NCBI GenBank assembly: GCA_003599635.1
Contig: QZIX01000009.1
Span: 407-64,406, forward strand
DNA length: 64,000 nt
DNA from: Candidatus Parcubacteria bacterium
Lineage (GTDB): Bacteria > Patescibacteriota > Patescibacteriia > Buchananbacterales > SURF-54
Direction: 5' to 3'
In this document: positions 60,799 to 64,000 of the stretch, one piece after another
How the letters are laid out: every line of letters begins with the position of its first letter
Numbering within the stretch: the first letter of the stretch is position 1
Position numbers and translations under genes: made by a program
Notes under the pieces: generated by a model
What the model saw: only the letters and a program-made list of their open reading frames with translations
Database searches by the model: none
What the model was told of the DNA's origin: nothing

Positions 60799-61347
60799 GT
60801 GATCTGCCAAAAAATTTTAAAGGGGAAAAAAGCAAATCTGCGGCCATTAAAAATTTCCGATGCTCACAGATGGGTTAATTGGCTTAATGACAGGGAGGTC
60901 AACCAATTTTTAGAAATTACGCGAATTGATCTTAAAGGCGAGAAGAAGGCTATTTTAGGAATGCTAAAAGACAAGAATAATTATCAATTTGCCATTGAAA
61001 CCAAAGATGGAATTCATATCGGCGGCTGCGGTTTAAAAGATATTATAAGAAACGGCAGATGTGAATTGGGTATAGTTATAGGGGATAAAAATTACTGGTC
61101 AGCCGGCTATGGCACAGATGTCATCGGACTATTGCTGAAATTTGGTTTTGAGAGGTTAAATTTAAAACGTATATATCTAAGATGTAATAAATATAATAAA
61201 CGCGGCATCAGGTGCTATAAAAAGTGCGGCTTTAAACATGAGGGGAGGTTAAGAAAACATATATATAGAAAAGGAAAATTTTGGGATGAAATAAGGATGT
61301 CTATATTAATTAACGAATATAATAAAAAATATGGAAAAAGAAAATAA
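60799..61347 (+). CDS. GNAT family N-acetyltransferase (RimJ/RimL-like)
   Basis: LRPLKISDA, ...GYGTDVIGLLLKFGFERLNLKRIYLRCNKYNKRGIRCYKKCGFKHEG. GTG start. The 3' end overlaps thrS by 17 nt. Confidence 0.8.
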   Translation: MICQKILKGKKANLRPLKISDAHRWVNWLNDREVNQFLEITRIDLKGEKKAILGMLKDKNNYQFAIETKDGIHIGGCGLKDIIRNGRCELGIVIGDKNYWSAGYGTDVIGLLLKFGFERLNLKRIYLRCNKYNKRGIRCYKKCGFKHEGRLRKHIYRKGKFWDEIRMSILINEYNKKYGKRK

Positions 61348-63094
61348 TAAATTGAACACAATTCGCCACTCAACCTCTCACATTATGGCTTATGCCGTAA
61401 AAAATTTACTGGCTAAAGACGGTAAGGTTTTGTTCGGCATCGGTCCCACGATCAAAGACGGTTTTTATTATGATTTTGATTTGCATCGACCGTTAGTGCC
61501 TCTTGATTTGCTAAAAATAGAAAAGGAAATGAAAAAGTTGATAAGCAAGAATTTGGAATTTAAAAGAGAGGAAATTACGGTTACAGAAGCCAGGAAGAAA
61601 TTTTCAGAACAGCCTTATAAATTGGAATTGATTGGCGATTTGGAAAAAGAAGGGGAGAAGAAAGTCAGTATCTATACGTGCGGCGATTTTACGGATTTAT
61701 GCGCTGGCCTTCATATCAAGTCAACCAAAGAAATAAAAGCTTTCAAATTGCTAAAAATTGCCGGTGCTTACTGGAAAGGATATGAAAAAAATCTTCAATT
61801 GCAGAGGATCTACGGAACTGCTTTTGAGACTCAAGAAGAGCTTGATGCATATTCGGAAAGGTTAAAAATGGCAGAAGAAAGGGACCATCGCAAGCTGGGG
61901 AAAGAACTTGATTTATTCGTATTTTCTGATTTAGTCGGACCCGGTATGCCACTTTATACTTTCAGAGGATCAATAGTGAGGGATGAAATAATTCAATATT
62001 CAAACCAGTTGCAGAAAAAAATCGGATACGAGACTGTTCATACGCCTAATGTAAACAAAGCAGAACTGTTTAAAATATCCGGACACTACGACAAGTATAA
62101 AGACGATATGCTGGAGGTAAGGTCGCATTACACAAATGAGAAATACTATTTAAAGCCGATGAATTGCCCCCAGCATACTCAAATTTATGCGTCACATACA
62201 AGAAGTTACCGAGAATTACCAATACGTATTGCCGATTTTGCCAATCTTTACCGCGATGAAAAGCCGGGCGAGTTAAGCGGATTGTCACGCTTACGCTGTT
62301 TTTCACAAGACGACGGACATTGTTTCTGCCGAGAAGACCAAATTGAACGGGAATTTGCGGCGGTATTAGGGATAATAAAAGAGGCACTGGTTACTTACGG
62401 CATGGACTATTGGGTAAGGCTGTCGCTGCGAGATAAGAAAAAGAAACAAAGCTATATTGGTGATGATAAAGTTTGGGAAAAATCGGAAAAAATATTGGAA
62501 AGCATTTTAAAAAATAACAAGCTTGAATATAAAAAAGCCGAAGGCGAAGCCGCTTTTTACGGACCTAAAATGGATATTATGGTCAAAGATGCTCTCGGTC
62601 GCGAGTGGCAGATTTCAACCATTCAGCTTGATTTTAGCATGCCTGCGCGTTTTGGTTTAAAATATGTTGACGACAAAGGCAAAGAAAAAACTCCGGTTAT
62701 GATTCACCGCGCCATTGTCGGTTCGCCCGAACGCTTTATGTCGATTTTAATTGAGCATTATGCAGGCGCTTTCCCCGTCTGGCTGGCCCCGGTCCAGGTG
62801 CAGATAATTCCTGTCGGATCGACTTTTGTGGAACATTCCAACAAATTGGCAAATGAATTCAAGGAAGCTAAAATAAGGGTTTATGTCGACGACCTTAATG
62901 AAACCGTGGGCTATAAAATTCGCAAAGCCGAAAAACAAAAAGTGCCGTATATGCTGGTAATAGGCGAAAAGGAGGCGAAAAGCGATGACTTAAACGTCAG
63001 AATCAGGGGAGAAAAGGATGTCAAGACAATCAGCCGTTTGAAATTCATCAAAGAAATAGAAAAACAAATAAAAAACAGAAGCGATAGAATTTAA
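61331..63094 (+). CDS. thrS: threonine--tRNA ligase (lacks N-terminal TGS domain)
   Basis: HSTSH in the second additional domain, class II motifs (RDE..G..RL, FYGPK), and an anticodon-binding domain. At 587 aa it starts at the editing/SAD region. Confidence 0.95.
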   Translation: MEKENNKLNTIRHSTSHIMAYAVKNLLAKDGKVLFGIGPTIKDGFYYDFDLHRPLVPLDLLKIEKEMKKLISKNLEFKREEITVTEARKKFSEQPYKLELIGDLEKEGEKKVSIYTCGDFTDLCAGLHIKSTKEIKAFKLLKIAGAYWKGYEKNLQLQRIYGTAFETQEELDAYSERLKMAEERDHRKLGKELDLFVFSDLVGPGMPLYTFRGSIVRDEIIQYSNQLQKKIGYETVHTPNVNKAELFKISGHYDKYKDDMLEVRSHYTNEKYYLKPMNCPQHTQIYASHTRSYRELPIRIADFANLYRDEKPGELSGLSRLRCFSQDDGHCFCREDQIEREFAAVLGIIKEALVTYGMDYWVRLSLRDKKKKQSYIGDDKVWEKSEKILESILKNNKLEYKKAEGEAAFYGPKMDIMVKDALGREWQISTIQLDFSMPARFGLKYVDDKGKEKTPVMIHRAIVGSPERFMSILIEHYAGAFPVWLAPVQVQIIPVGSTFVEHSNKLANEFKEAKIRVYVDDLNETVGYKIRKAEKQKVPYMLVIGEKEAKSDDLNVRIRGEKDVKTISRLKFIKEIEKQIKNRSDRI

Positions 63095-63105
63095 ATACGC
63101 AATTG

Positions 63106-63131
63106 CCCGCCTTGAAAAAAGGCGGGTTTTT
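63106..63131 (+). terminator. rho-independent terminator
   Basis: cccgcc pairs with ggcggg around a 9-nt loop, followed by ttttt. Confidence 0.8.
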
Positions 63132-63139
63132 GTTATAAT
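63131..63139 (+). promoter_or_regulatory. extended -10 element TGTTATAAT
   Basis: tgttataat ends at 63139. ATG 63148 lies 9 nt later with no Shine-Dalgarno. Confidence 0.4.
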
Positions 63140-63147
63140 TCAGCAGT

Positions 63148-64000
63148 ATGAAATACCATTTGGTTTCTTTTGGTTGCCAGTTTAACAGTTCTGATGCGGA
63201 AAAGGCGGCGAAATTGCTGGATGATTGCAGGTATCGACAAACAGATGATTTAAATGAAGCGGATTTGGTTTTAGTTTTGGCCTGCTCCGTCAGACAATCG
63301 GCAATAGACCGAATTTACGGCCTGAACAAGAAGTTTATTCAGATAAGGCGCCGGCGGCCTTTAATTACTGCTTTAACTGGCTGCGTTTTAAAATCGGATA
63401 TGCCGAAAATGAAAAAAATTTTTGATATAGTTTTTGATATTACAGATTTATCGAAATTAGTTAAATTATTAAATGCAAAAAGGCCAAAGCAAAAAGGCCA
63501 AAGTTATTTTGACCTGCATCCTCAATACCGGTCAAAGTTCCAGTCGTATGTGCCAATAATGACGGGATGCAATAACTTTTGCACCTATTGTGTGGTGCCT
63601 TATACTCGCGGCCGGGAAGCCTGCCGCAAAGCGGCTGATGTTGTTAATGAATGTAAAGATTTAATCGCTAAAGGTTACAATGAAATTACTTTGATAGGGC
63701 AAAATGTCAACAGCTATCAAGGAAAAATTAACAATGTACAAGGTACAATTGGTTTTGCAAAGCTTTTACTAAATATTGATAAGATTCCCGGGAATTATCG
63801 GCTGCGGTTTATGACCTCGCATCCGAAAGACTTGTCTGACGAATTAATTGACGTGTTAAAAAAAACCATTCATGTAATGCCATACCTTCATCTGCCGGTG
63901 CAGTCCGGAAATAATACAATTTTAAAAAAGATGAACCGCAACTATACGGCAAGCCGTTACAAAAAATTAATTAACAAGATCAGAAAGGCTGTCCCTGGTA
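63148..64000 (+). CDS. miaB: MiaB-like radical SAM tRNA methylthiotransferase (3' end cut by window edge)
   Basis: My translation gives MKYHLVSFGCQFNSSDAE...ADLVLVLACSVRQ (UPF0004 domain), then IMTGCNNFCTYCVVPYTRGRE (radical SAM). The frame is open to nt 64000. It is absent from the ORF track because no stop lies within the window. Confidence 0.8.
   Translation, partial: MKYHLVSFGCQFNSSDAEKAAKLLDDCRYRQTDDLNEADLVLVLACSVRQSAIDRIYGLNKKFIQIRRRRPLITALTGCVLKSDMPKMKKIFDIVFDITDLSKLVKLLNAKRPKQKGQSYFDLHPQYRSKFQSYVPIMTGCNNFCTYCVVPYTRGREACRKAADVVNECKDLIAKGYNEITLIGQNVNSYQGKINNVQGTIGFAKLLLNIDKIPGNYRLRFMTSHPKDLSDELIDVLKKTIHVMPYLHLPVQSGNNTILKKMNRNYTASRYKKLINKIRKAVPG

Noticed and set aside
1-64000. Considered UGA or other stop-codon reassignment, as in some candidate phyla
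   Set aside because: rtcB, pheS, the 11663 response regulator and the rSAM gene all end at TGA at their expected protein termini. No conserved gene needs readthrough. The single in-frame TAA (4938-4940) sits in a gene that also lacks a start codon and a central region, so it is better explained as decay.
1-64000. Scanned intergenic regions by eye for tRNA, rRNA, tmRNA, RNase P and SRP RNA signatures
   Set aside because: I found no T-arm (GGTTCGAATCC-like) or other hallmark sequences in non-coding stretches. A covariance-model scan is still advisable.

Overview
This is a gene-dense, AT-rich bacterial chromosomal window, mostly on the + strand, with many 1-4 nt gene overlaps. TGA works as a normal stop at the expected ends of rtcB, pheS and a response regulator, so the standard code 11 applies. 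The gene content suggests an uncultivated small-genome lineage such as Patescibacteria/CPR. That content is streamlined housekeeping genes, many tiny DUF-type proteins, a type IV pilus cluster, and archease plus RtcB. The lineage call is inference only.

Housekeeping genes recognised: typA, rtcB plus archease, uvrB, uvrA, uvrC, rsmI, metG, cvpA, tatD, a UvrD-type helicase-nuclease, pheS, pheT, dnaE, thrS and a 3'-truncated miaB-like gene.

Accessory content worth attention:
1. At the left edge, a radical SAM/SPASM enzyme is translationally coupled to a 132-aa ORF. Its core carries 22 Cys arranged as CxC doublets on a 6-residue period. This is the strongest candidate for an undescribed RiPP-like system.
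2. A very AT-rich two-gene module carries two PEP-utilising swivel phosphohistidine domains but no recognisable kinase or TIM-barrel partners. It sits next to a metallophosphoesterase and a divergent TrmB regulator.
3. A type IV pilus locus contains a 1186-aa pilin-like protein built from near-identical DNA repeats, Cys-rich modules and Asp-box domains.
4. A small AT-rich island lies between uvrB and uvrA, next to a decayed duplicate of the uvrA 5' end.
5. A T-box leader with threonine specifier candidates lies upstream of a GNAT gene and thrS.
6. Heptamer-periodic CAAAT-type repeats occur in an intergenic region and inside the archease gene. A related 14-15 bp ATTTG-type tandem repeat lies upstream of the 54905 ORF.

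I saw no rRNA, tRNA, CRISPR array, transposase or integrase by eye. All family assignments come from motif recall, not from searches.
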